Shown here: piece after piece, positions 1-7,952 of the stretch
How positions within the stretch are numbered: position 1 is the stretch's first letter
Layout of the letters: every line of letters starts with the position of its first letter
The notes under the pieces: generated by a model
Told to the model about the DNA's origin: nothing
Seen by the model: the letters and a program-made list of their open reading frames with translations, nothing else
Databases searched by the model: none
Assembly (NCBI GenBank): GCA_903902945.1
Contig: CAIUWU010000097.1
Coordinates: 1 to 35,749 of the forward strand
Length of the DNA stretch: 35,749 nt
Source: an uncultured Pseudomonadota bacterium
Lineage (GTDB): Bacteria > Pseudomonadota > Gammaproteobacteria > Methylococcales > Methylomonadaceae
Direction: 5' to 3'
Translations under genes and position numbers: made by a program

Positions 1-1672
1 AAACTGGGCGACCGGCTCCGCGATTCTCAGCGTCATTTTGATGGCGGTGTTTTTGTTTACTCGTAAAAGCTTGAAACTAGCCGGTAAATTCTTTTTCGGG
101 ATCATTGCCAATCTGGCGGCTTCGGTATTGTTCTGGTCGGCTTCAATTGCTGCCGCTCAGTATCAGACTGGTTTTTCGGTGTTGTTCTGGGCGATTCTGT
201 TGATGATGCAGGCTATGGCTATTCTGGTGTTACTGACCGAGAGTCTGGAGTTGTCAGAAGTGCTGTGGCATCGAAAAGGCCGTCGTACTTTTACGCCGTT
301 AACCCCGGATGCGAGTTTTACTTATCCGAAAGTATCAATTCATTTGCCAATTCATAATGAGCCGCCTGAAATGGTACGCAAAACTTTAAATGCGCTGGCC
401 AAGCTGGATTATCCGCATTATGAAGTCCTGGTAATGGATAACAATACCAAAGACCCTGATGTCTGGAAGCCGGTAGAGGCCGATTGCTTGCGTCTGGGTG
501 AAAAATTTCGCTTTTTCCATCTGGATAATTGGCCGGGGTATAAAGCCGGCGCAATTAACTATGCGCTGACTAATACCGCAGAAGATGCCGAGATTATTGC
601 CGTCATTGATAGTGACTATATTTTGTCACCCGACTGGCTTAAATCGATGGTGCCTTATTTTGATCGCGAAAATGTCGGTTTCGTGCAATCCCCCCAAGAT
701 TATCGGGATGCGCATCAAGGTGCTTTCAAAGAAATTTGCTATTGGGAATATGCCGGCTTTTTTAACATCGGTATGGTGCAGCGTAACGAATACAACGCGA
801 TTATCCAGCACGGTACCATGACCATGGTGCGTAAATCGGCCTTTGAAAAAGTCGGGCCGTGGGGGGAGTGGTGTATCTGTGAAGATAGCGAACTTGGCTT
901 GCGGTTGTATGAAGCGGGTTACGATTCGGTTTATTGTAAGGAATCATTTGGTCGCGGTTTGATGCCGGATACTTTCTCAGGTTACATGACTCAGCGTTTC
1001 CGCTGGGTGTATGGCGCGATGCAGATTATCAAACGCCATTGGCGTCATTTCCTGCCGAATAAAAAGTCATCGTTGACATCTGCACAGCGTTATTACTTTG
1101 TGGCGGGTTGGTTGCCCTGGTTTTCTGATGCGCTGGCGTTGCTGTTCACCATTACAAGTTTGATTCTGACTGCATTCATTGTTAGCGATCCCATTCATAG
1201 CGAATTGCCGGTAGGGGCTTTCTTGCTGCCGACCATTGGTCTGTTCGGCTTTAAGGTATTGCGCGGTCTGTGGTTGTATAAGGCGAGGGTGGCTTGTTCA
1301 ACATTCCAGGCGCTAGGTGCGGCGTTGGCAGGTCTGTCTCTGACGCATACAGTGGCCAGAGGTACCTTACAGGGTTTGTTTACTTCAGGTAAACCGTTTA
1401 TGCGTACCCCTAAGTATGAGGCGCAAGGCCCGCTGATTGCCGGTTTGCTGGTGATCTGGCAGGAAATACTGCTGTTGTCTTTGCTGATCGCAGGTATTGT
1501 GGCTATGCATTCGGTCGAGCATTTTGATAATTTGAGTGGGCGGCTGTGGATTGCCGTTCTTGCTGTGCAGTCAGTGCCTTATTTGGCGACTTTTATGACC
1601 ATTCTGATTAGTGTCGCACCTAACTATTTGCCAGGAGAAAAAATATCAGCCGATGAGCTTGATAGCGAATAA
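1..1672 (+). CDS. GT2 glycosyltransferase, NdvB-like beta-glucan synthase (5'-truncated by window edge)
   Basis: Frame is open from position 2 (NWATGSAILSVILMAV...), so the true start lies upstream. GT2 processive motifs: PIHNE, DNN, GYKAGA, DSD (DxD), ICED, QRFRW (QxxRW). Several TM segments flank the catalytic domain. Resembles NdvB-type periplasmic glucan synthases. Confidence 0.8.
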   Translation, partial: NWATGSAILSVILMAVFLFTRKSLKLAGKFFFGIIANLAASVLFWSASIAAAQYQTGFSVLFWAILLMMQAMAILVLLTESLELSEVLWHRKGRRTFTPLTPDASFTYPKVSIHLPIHNEPPEMVRKTLNALAKLDYPHYEVLVMDNNTKDPDVWKPVEADCLRLGEKFRFFHLDNWPGYKAGAINYALTNTAEDAEIIAVIDSDYILSPDWLKSMVPYFDRENVGFVQSPQDYRDAHQGAFKEICYWEYAGFFNIGMVQRNEYNAIIQHGTMTMVRKSAFEKVGPWGEWCICEDSELGLRLYEAGYDSVYCKESFGRGLMPDTFSGYMTQRFRWVYGAMQIIKRHWRHFLPNKKSSLTSAQRYYFVAGWLPWFSDALALLFTITSLILTAFIVSDPIHSELPVGAFLLPTIGLFGFKVLRGLWLYKARVACSTFQALGAALAGLSLTHTVARGTLQGLFTSGKPFMRTPKYEAQGPLIAGLLVIWQEILLLSLLIAGIVAMHSVEHFDNLSGRLWIAVLAVQSVPYLATFMTILISVAPNYLPGEKISADELDSE

Positions 1673-1707
1673 GGCTCGGAAAAGTAACAGTTAGATTGAT
1701 AGCGCTT

Positions 1708-1735
1708 GGGGCCATTCCTAATGGCCCTTCACTAT
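1708..1735 (+). terminator. Probable intrinsic terminator after the GT2 gene
   Basis: GGGCCATT-cct-AATGGCCC inverted repeat followed by TTCACTATT, about 35 nt after the stop codon. Confidence 0.5.
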
Positions 1736-1839
1736 TAAATGTTTCATTTAATCAATCGCTTATATTTTTCATGGCAGCGATTTTTATTTATGAAATGAAT
1801 AATTGTTAATTAGACTATTAAATTAAATCGTTTTTTTCT

Positions 1840-1866
1840 TTGACAAAAATAATAGCTATGTATAAT
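1840..1866 (+). promoter_or_regulatory. Sigma70-like promoter for the cold-shock gene
   Basis: TTGACA (1840-1845) and TATAAT (1861-1866), both perfect consensus but with a 15-bp spacer; AT-rich UP-like tract upstream. Confidence 0.55.
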
Positions 1867-1974
1867 GGCACCGATTTAGCAAGGTAATCGTTGCCGCTTT
1901 ACACGTCTTCTGCTACCCGCTTTATTCACTACCCGTAACACGCCAGTAATGGTCAATTTTTGTAAGAGAGATTT

Positions 1975-2184
1975 ATGTCAGTACAAGTAGAAGGCAAAGT
2001 AAAATGGTTTAACGATGAAAAAGGTTTCGGTTTCATCGAGCAGGAAGGCGGCAAAGATGTATTTGTGCATTTCAGCGCTATCAATGGCTCAGGCCGTAAA
2101 ACCCTGAAAGAAGGTCAACGCGTTACCATGGAAGTAACCACAGGTCAAAAAGGCCCACAAGCTGAAAACGTAACACCGTTATAA
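1975..2184 (+). CDS. csp: Cold-shock protein, CspA family
   Basis: 69 aa; GKVKWFN, RNP1 KGFGFI, RNP2 VFVHF, GPQAENV; GAGAG upstream of ATG. Confidence 0.97.
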   Translation: MSVQVEGKVKWFNDEKGFGFIEQEGGKDVFVHFSAINGSGRKTLKEGQRVTMEVTTGQKGPQAENVTPL

Positions 2185-2201
2185 GCTTTCAGTTATTAAA
2201 C

Positions 2202-2227
2202 AAAAACCGCCTTCGGGCGGTTTTTTT
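2202..2227. terminator. Bidirectional intrinsic terminator between csp and recR
   Basis: AAAAACCGCC-TTCG-GGCGGTTTTTTT with A- and T-tracts on both sides, between convergent genes. Confidence 0.92.
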
Positions 2228-2235
2228 ATGTCTGA

Positions 2236-2832
2236 TTAAAATTCGCGGCGATCTTTAAAAGCGTGAGACAAGGTACTGCTGTCGATAAACTCAAGTTCCC
2301 CGCCCATTGGAATGCCATGAGCAATGCGAGTGGTACGAATCTGATATTTGGCGGCAACTTCGCCAATAAAGTGAGTAGTCGCCTGGCTTTCTACGGTGGA
2401 GTTGGTTGCCAGGATCAATTCCTTGGGTGGATTATTAGCCATTCGTTGTTCTAGTAGATCAATGCCAAGCTGATCTGGGCCAATGCCGTCGAGGGGCGAT
2501 AAGCGTCCATGCAAGACAAAGTACTTGCCTTTAAAGGTTGTTGCATGCTCTATGAGCCATACATCAGCCGGACTTTCTACAATACAAAGCGTATCGCTAT
2601 CGCGCTGTTCATTACTGCAAATTTCACAGAGCAAGCTTTCGCTCAAGGTTCTGCAGGACTGGCAATAGCCAATCTCAAGCATTGCTTGGCCAAGAATCGT
2701 ACTCAAATGCCTACCGCCGTCACGATTACGTTGCAGTAAATGAAACGCCATCCGCTGCGCCGATTTACTGCCTACACCTGGCAGACAGCAAAGACTCTGG
2801 ATCAGTTCCTTGAGTAGGCCATGATTCTGCAT
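2236..2832 (-). CDS. recR: Recombination mediator RecR
   Basis: LPGVGSKSAQRMAFHLL HhH motif, C4 zinc finger (CQSC...CEIC), Toprim region with ELILATN, RIAHGIPMGGELEFID. Confidence 0.97.
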   Translation of the reverse strand: MQNHGLLKELIQSLCCLPGVGSKSAQRMAFHLLQRNRDGGRHLSTILGQAMLEIGYCQSCRTLSESLLCEICSNEQRDSDTLCIVESPADVWLIEHATTFKGKYFVLHGRLSPLDGIGPDQLGIDLLEQRMANNPPKELILATNSTVESQATTHFIGEVAAKYQIRTTRIAHGIPMGGELEFIDSSTLSHAFKDRREF

Positions 2833-2834
2833 AT

Positions 2835-3158
2835 TTAAAAAGGCATCTGCATGCCGGGGGGTAATGGAATGCCGGCAGTGACATCGGCCATTTTTTCTTT
2901 TTTCAGCTTATTGACCTTATGAACGGCGTCATTAATGGCGGCCGCAACCAGATCTTCCAGCATGTCTCTGTCATCCCCAACCAAGGAAGGATCTATGGTT
3001 ACCTTAAGTGCTTCGCGTTTGCCGTTCATGGCAATGGTCACCAGGCCGCCGCCTGATTCACCTTGAACCTCAAGGGCCTCTATTTCCTGTTGAGCTTTTT
3101 TAAAATTGTCTTGCATTTTCTGGGCTTGCTGCATCAGGCCCGCGAGTGGGTTTTTCAT
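2835..3158 (-). CDS. ybaB: YbaB/EbfC nucleoid-associated protein
   Basis: MQQAQKMQ...GESGGGLV...DMLEDLVAAAINDA; ATG at 3158 with GGAG RBS; lies between dnaX and recR. Confidence 0.95.
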   Translation of the reverse strand: MKNPLAGLMQQAQKMQDNFKKAQQEIEALEVQGESGGGLVTIAMNGKREALKVTIDPSLVGDDRDMLEDLVAAAINDAVHKVNKLKKEKMADVTAGIPLPPGMQMPF

Positions 3159-3173
3159 GGGAACTCCAGTCAA

Positions 3174-4778
3174 TTAGCTGATTGGCTCAATACTGCCAGG
3201 TAAAATCCTAGCGCCAAGATTGTCTTTTAGTTGGTTAATATTGGGATCGTTGTTGATCGCCGTTACTGCATTCTGTTGCTCGGTTTCGCGAGCGATTTGC
3301 TGTTCGACTGCCGGTGTCAGTTGAGAGGTGCTTTGACTGACAATTTGCAATTTCAAGGGTTTGCCAAAGTAAGTTTGCAGGGCAGTTTTCAGGTTTTCTT
3401 CGGCACGAGTGCCGATTTGCTGGTATTTGGGGTCGAGCAGCAAGCGGCAGTTATGTTCATCAATGCTATCCAGCACGCAGTTGTTTGCCAGTTCCTTGCT
3501 GCGGCCGCTGATATTCAGCGCGCCGATAATAGCTGGCCAGCTCAGCTGGCTGTCGATGATTGCCGGGCTGGTCGGCTTGATATCTGCCGCTGGGGATGGC
3601 GCCGGTTCTGATCTTGATGCGGGCGATAAGCTTGGCGCGGTTTGGGCAACAGTGGTAGCGGCTATGGCTTTAGTTGGCGTTGGCGAATTGCTGGCTTGCT
3701 GAGGGCGGAATGTCAGCATGCGCAGCATTACCATTTCAAAGCCGCTACGAGCCTCCGGTGCCAGAGCCAGATCGCGCAAGCCTATTAAGCCAATTTGATA
3801 GTACAGCTGAACATCTTCCGGACTCATGGTCTGTGCCAAGCTGTCGATAAAGGTGCTGTCGAATTCACTATCACTGAAATGGCTGGTTTGCTGCACAATC
3901 GCTACTCTATGCAGTATTCGTAACAGCTGTTGCAGAATGTCGGCATAGTCAGGGCTCAATTCTGCCATTTGGGCAATCTTATCCAGCAGATTGATGATAT
4001 CGGTTGATGCAAGTGCGCTGGCAATCTCATTGACTGGCTGCTGGGCAACAGTGCCCAACATGCCGCTCACAGCGTCGAGGCTGACGTTGCCGCTGCCATA
4101 GACAATTGCCTGGTCGAGCAGGCTGAGAGCGTCACGCAGGCTGCCGTCGGCGGCCCGGGCAATTAATTTCAGCGCGCTGGCTTCAGATGCTATCTGTTCC
4201 TGTTTAAGAATAAATTCTAATTGCTGCTGGATTTGTGCGGGTAACAGGCGTTTAAGATTGAACTGCAGGCAGCGCGATAACACCGTAACCGGTATTTTGT
4301 GGGGGTCGGTAGTGGCCAGCAGAAATTTGACATGGGGCGGCGGCTCTTCCAGGGTTTTCAGCAGCGCATTAAAGCTGTGTCCGGACAGCATATGTACTTC
4401 GTCGATCAGATAGACCTTATAGCGCCCTTGATTGGGGGCGTACTGGACATTGTCGAGCAGGTCGCGGGTATCTTCGACTTTGGTGCGGGAGGCGGCATCG
4501 ACCTCAATCAAATCCATGAAGCGGCCCTGATCGAAATCAACACAAACTTTACACTGACCGCAAGGGTTATAGTTTTGCAGATTTTCGCAGTTGATGGCTT
4601 TGGCCAGAATCCGGGCAACCGTGGTTTTGCCGACGCCGCGAGTACCAGTGAATAAATAGGCGTGATGCAGTCTGTCGTGTTCGAGTGCATGAATCAGCGA
4701 CTGGCTGACATGTTCCTGACCGACGAGTTGGGTAAAGTTGCTGGGGCGCCATTTTCTGGCAAGTACTTGATAAGCCAT
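3174..4778 (-). CDS. dnaX: DNA polymerase III subunit gamma/tau
   Basis: MAYQVLARKWRP start (ATG 4778), Walker A GTRGVGKT, DEVHML, SRC motif; 534 aa. The ORF-track extension to 4835 runs into the SRP RNA and is rejected. Confidence 0.97.
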   Translation of the reverse strand: MAYQVLARKWRPSNFTQLVGQEHVSQSLIHALEHDRLHHAYLFTGTRGVGKTTVARILAKAINCENLQNYNPCGQCKVCVDFDQGRFMDLIEVDAASRTKVEDTRDLLDNVQYAPNQGRYKVYLIDEVHMLSGHSFNALLKTLEEPPPHVKFLLATTDPHKIPVTVLSRCLQFNLKRLLPAQIQQQLEFILKQEQIASEASALKLIARAADGSLRDALSLLDQAIVYGSGNVSLDAVSGMLGTVAQQPVNEIASALASTDIINLLDKIAQMAELSPDYADILQQLLRILHRVAIVQQTSHFSDSEFDSTFIDSLAQTMSPEDVQLYYQIGLIGLRDLALAPEARSGFEMVMLRMLTFRPQQASNSPTPTKAIAATTVAQTAPSLSPASRSEPAPSPAADIKPTSPAIIDSQLSWPAIIGALNISGRSKELANNCVLDSIDEHNCRLLLDPKYQQIGTRAEENLKTALQTYFGKPLKLQIVSQSTSQLTPAVEQQIARETEQQNAVTAINNDPNINQLKDNLGARILPGSIEPIS

Positions 4779-4807
4779 TAGCACTGCAGAAAGGAAATCA
4801 TTTGGGC

Positions 4808-4917
<110 letters not shown>

Positions 4918-4941
4918 ATAAAATCAGCTGAAAAGCTAAAG

Positions 4942-4977
4942 AGCGCGCATTATGCTCAAATAATCGTCATTAAGCAA
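4942..4977 (-). promoter_or_regulatory. Stable-RNA-type sigma70 promoter for ffs
   Basis: Minus strand TTGCTT-17 bp-CATAAT followed by GC-rich discriminator GCGCGC. Confidence 0.7.
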
Positions 4978-4986
4978 CTTATATTG

Positions 4987-5958
4987 TTAACGCACTGCAG
5001 GGGTTAATGCATAAGAAGCAATTGCATGACTGAATGCGGCACCAAATTTGCCTGCCAGACGGTCGATTAAATGTTCCTGAGGAGTGAAGTCAACTTGTTG
5101 TTCCACGCCTAAGATATTGCGGCTTACTGAGTCGACATTACCCAAATCATCCGCCAGTCCTAATTTAATGCCTTCAGCGCCGGTCCATACCAAGCCTGAG
5201 AATAGTTCCGAGGCGTGTGATTCTTTCAGACGATCACCACGACCTTCGCGCACGGCATTGATGAATTGCTGGTGTACTTGGTTGATCAGTGACTGCATAT
5301 GCTGCGTTTCCTGAATCTTGGTTGGCGAAAACGGGTCGAGCATGGCTTTATGTTCGCCGGCAGTCAGCAAGCGCCGTTCCACGCCGAGTTTATCCATTAC
5401 GTGGGTAAAGCCAAAGCCATTCATGATGACGCCAATCGAACCGATCAGGCTGGCCTGATTGACAAATATTTTGTCAGTAGCTGCCGCAATGTAATAACCG
5501 CCGGACGCACAGACATCGCCAACCACGGCATAAATCGGCATTTCAGGCTGATTTTGTTTCAGGCGTCTGATTTCATCGTAAATATTGGCTGATTGCACCG
5601 GACTGCCGCCGGGAGAGTTAATCTTCAGAATGATGCCTTTGGTGTTTTTGTCTTTGGCTGCTTCGCGCAAGCCTTTAATGATGTTGTCGGCATTGGCTCT
5701 TTCGCCTTCACCAATTTCGCCTAAGACATCGATAACCGCAGCATGCTGGCTGGTGCCAGCTATTTCAGCTTCGAAGTTAGGATAAAACACCATTGCCAGT
5801 ATCGCTGCCAGATAGCCAAAGGTGATGAACTTGAAGAAAATGCCCCAGTGGCGGCGGCTTTTTTGTTCATTTAAGGCGGCAAAAGCCAGTTTTTCTAATA
5901 CTTGTTTTTCCCATTCCGGCGAGCGGCTGGACGGTTTGTAATCGGGATGTTGTTCCAC
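4987..5958 (-). CDS. sppA: S49 family peptidase (short SppA, signal peptide peptidase)
   Basis: GTG start; single N-terminal TM; INSPGGS, CASGGYYIA, GSIGV motifs. Confidence 0.88.
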   Translation of the reverse strand: MEQHPDYKPSSRSPEWEKQVLEKLAFAALNEQKSRRHWGIFFKFITFGYLAAILAMVFYPNFEAEIAGTSQHAAVIDVLGEIGEGERANADNIIKGLREAAKDKNTKGIILKINSPGGSPVQSANIYDEIRRLKQNQPEMPIYAVVGDVCASGGYYIAAATDKIFVNQASLIGSIGVIMNGFGFTHVMDKLGVERRLLTAGEHKAMLDPFSPTKIQETQHMQSLINQVHQQFINAVREGRGDRLKESHASELFSGLVWTGAEGIKLGLADDLGNVDSVSRNILGVEQQVDFTPQEHLIDRLAGKFGAAFSHAIASYALTPAVR

Positions 5959-5959
5959 G

Positions 5960-6616
5960 TTAAGTCCTCTGAAGAAGGCTAAATAAATCGCTGGTTTGCT
6001 GCAGACACAGTAAAGGCTTGAATGCTTGTAATTCGCTGGCCGAATGAGCGCCGCAGGTTACGCCGATTGCGGCGACTCCGGCATTCAGCGCCATTTGCAA
6101 GTCATGAATCGAATCGCCGACCACCAGTGTGCGTTGTTTGCTGATGTTCAGTTCGGTCATGATTTCTTCCAGCATCAAGGGATGGGGTTTCGAGGCAGTC
6201 TGATCGGCGCTGCGGGTGGTGCAGAACAAATCATCAACACCCGTGGCGGTCATGATCTGCTGTAAACCGCTGGCTTTTTTGCCGGTAGCGACTGCCAGTC
6301 GGTAACCGTTGTCTTTAAGAGATTGCAGCAGGCCATGAACGCCGGGAAACAAGTCGGCCGGGCCAGGCTGACGTGAGAAAAAATGAGCGCTGTAATCACT
6401 GGCCAGTTTGTGCCGGGTTTGCTGATCGGCGTCGGGAAACAGTGTTTGCGTGGCTTTTTCGATACTCAGGCCGATAATGTTTTTGGCTGCCTGCGGCTCT
6501 GGCACCGGCTGGTTTTGTTGGCGGGCAGCGTATTGCAGCGATGCCACAATCCAGTCCACTGAATCGGCCAAGGTGCCGTCCCAGTCAAAAATAATCAGAT
6601 CAAAGCGGTTTTTCAT
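5960..6616 (-). CDS. HAD-IA family hydrolase (phosphoglycolate phosphatase-like)
   Basis: Start placed at ATG 6616 (MKNRFDLIIFDWDGTL, motif I); ATGK, SKPHP, VGDSIHDL motifs; overlaps the end of rluC by 17 bp. Confidence 0.9.
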   Translation of the reverse strand: MKNRFDLIIFDWDGTLADSVDWIVASLQYAARQQNQPVPEPQAAKNIIGLSIEKATQTLFPDADQQTRHKLASDYSAHFFSRQPGPADLFPGVHGLLQSLKDNGYRLAVATGKKASGLQQIMTATGVDDLFCTTRSADQTASKPHPLMLEEIMTELNISKQRTLVVGDSIHDLQMALNAGVAAIGVTCGAHSASELQAFKPLLCLQQTSDLFSLLQRT

Positions 6617-7562
6617 GGTGCAGTAAAGCGAGTAAGTCCTCGGGTAAGGGGGCGGTAAAGTGCAGTGGTTCGCCTGATAACGGGTGATTGAAGCGTAATT
6701 GTTCGGCATGCAGGAACAGGCGCTTATAGCCGCGGTTCTTGAAGGCTTTGTTAGCCTGATCGTTGCCATAGCGGCTGTCACCAATAATCGGATGACCCAA
6801 CCAGGCGGCATGAACCCTAATCTGGTGGGTGCGGCCGGTTTTGGGGGCGGCATGCACCAGTGTGGCTTCCTGGAATTGCTGTAAGCGGGTAAACAGGGTT
6901 TCGGCAGACTTGCCGGCCTTATTGACAGTCACCATCCGCTCACCGGATTGTGCGGTGTTTTTCAGTAACGGCACATCAACAAGCTGTTTCTTGCGCTGAA
7001 ACTGGCCTTCGAGCAGCGCCAGATAGGTTTTCTGGATGCCATCACCGCGAAAAAAATCATGCAGAATTTTCAGGATGCTGCGTTTTTTGGCAATCAAAAG
7101 GCAGCCTGAGGTTTCCTTGTCTAAGCGATGAACCAGTTCCAGAAATTTTTGCTGAGGGCGTATTTCCCGTAATGCTTCGATAATGCCGGAATTAACACCG
7201 CTGCCGCCATGCACAGCAAATCCGGAGGGTTTGTTCAGCACGATAAAGCCGTCATCTTCATAGAGAATCTGGTTTTCAAGATTAAAGCGCAGGCTGGGCT
7301 GAATAATGGTGATCTGTTCGCTTCTGTCGGCCACCCGAATCGGCGGGATACGCACGATATCGCCGGCTTTCAGTTTGTAGCTGACTTCAACGCGACCCTT
7401 GTTTACCCGGACTTCGCCTTTGCGAACAATGCGATAGATACGGGTTTTCGGAACGCCTTTCAAAAAACTGATCAGGAAGTTATCGAGTCGTTGCTCGACA
7501 TTGGCCTCATCAATTTCAATTAACTGGACTTGCTGAAAAGGAAGATTGGATTTGTGATTCAT
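6600..7562 (-). CDS. rluC: 23S rRNA pseudouridine(955/2504/2580) synthase RluC
   Basis: S4 domain QRLDNFL...RKGEVRVN, NKPSGFAVHGGSG, HRLDKETSG, TGRTHQIRVH; divergent from rne. Confidence 0.96.
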   Translation of the reverse strand: MNHKSNLPFQQVQLIEIDEANVEQRLDNFLISFLKGVPKTRIYRIVRKGEVRVNKGRVEVSYKLKAGDIVRIPPIRVADRSEQITIIQPSLRFNLENQILYEDDGFIVLNKPSGFAVHGGSGVNSGIIEALREIRPQQKFLELVHRLDKETSGCLLIAKKRSILKILHDFFRGDGIQKTYLALLEGQFQRKKQLVDVPLLKNTAQSGERMVTVNKAGKSAETLFTRLQQFQEATLVHAAPKTGRTHQIRVHAAWLGHPIIGDSRYGNDQANKAFKNRGYKRLFLHAEQLRFNHPLSGEPLHFTAPLPEDLLALLHHEKPL

Positions 7563-7603
7563 GCTCTAAATGATAACAACATATACCTCTGATATGTTTA
7601 AAA

Positions 7604-7632
7604 TTGCTGCTGCAAACAAAGATTGTTATATT
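7604..7632 (+). promoter_or_regulatory. Sigma70 promoter for rne
   Basis: TTGCTG-17 bp-TATATT with TGn extended -10. Confidence 0.6.
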
Positions 7633-7638
7633 AGGCTA

Positions 7639-7952
7639 GTTTATGTCCGTATAAACATAATAAAAATCGTGGATGACGGCTGCTAAAATCAGTATTTGAT
7701 GATCGGCTGCAACAAAGAATTTTTTCGGGTTTTATCGCTCGACCCAAGATGAGCGACCAGCGTCCTAAGCCTATAGCGATCGGTTAATTACAGTTCACAC
7801 AATTCAAGCGCCGCTCCGTTTTATCGGATCTGCTGTCAAAACAGTACTTATCGTGGCTCAAGCCACCGCGCCTTTTCAAAATTGTGACCGCGTATTCGCG
7901 AATAACCTGCCTGTTTACGCTACTTGGGATTGATAACAAAAAGGATAATTTA
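7639..7952 (+). promoter_or_regulatory. Long structured rne 5' leader (probable autoregulatory UTR)
   Basis: About 314 nt between the predicted start site and the ATG; hairpins at 7639-7656, 7735-7756 and 7853-7866; long rne leaders are established in gammaproteobacteria. Confidence 0.55.

Noticed and set aside
6617-6853. N-terminal extension of the HAD ORF inside rluC
   Set aside because: HAD motif I begins right after ATG 6616; the extension is an alternative frame of rluC
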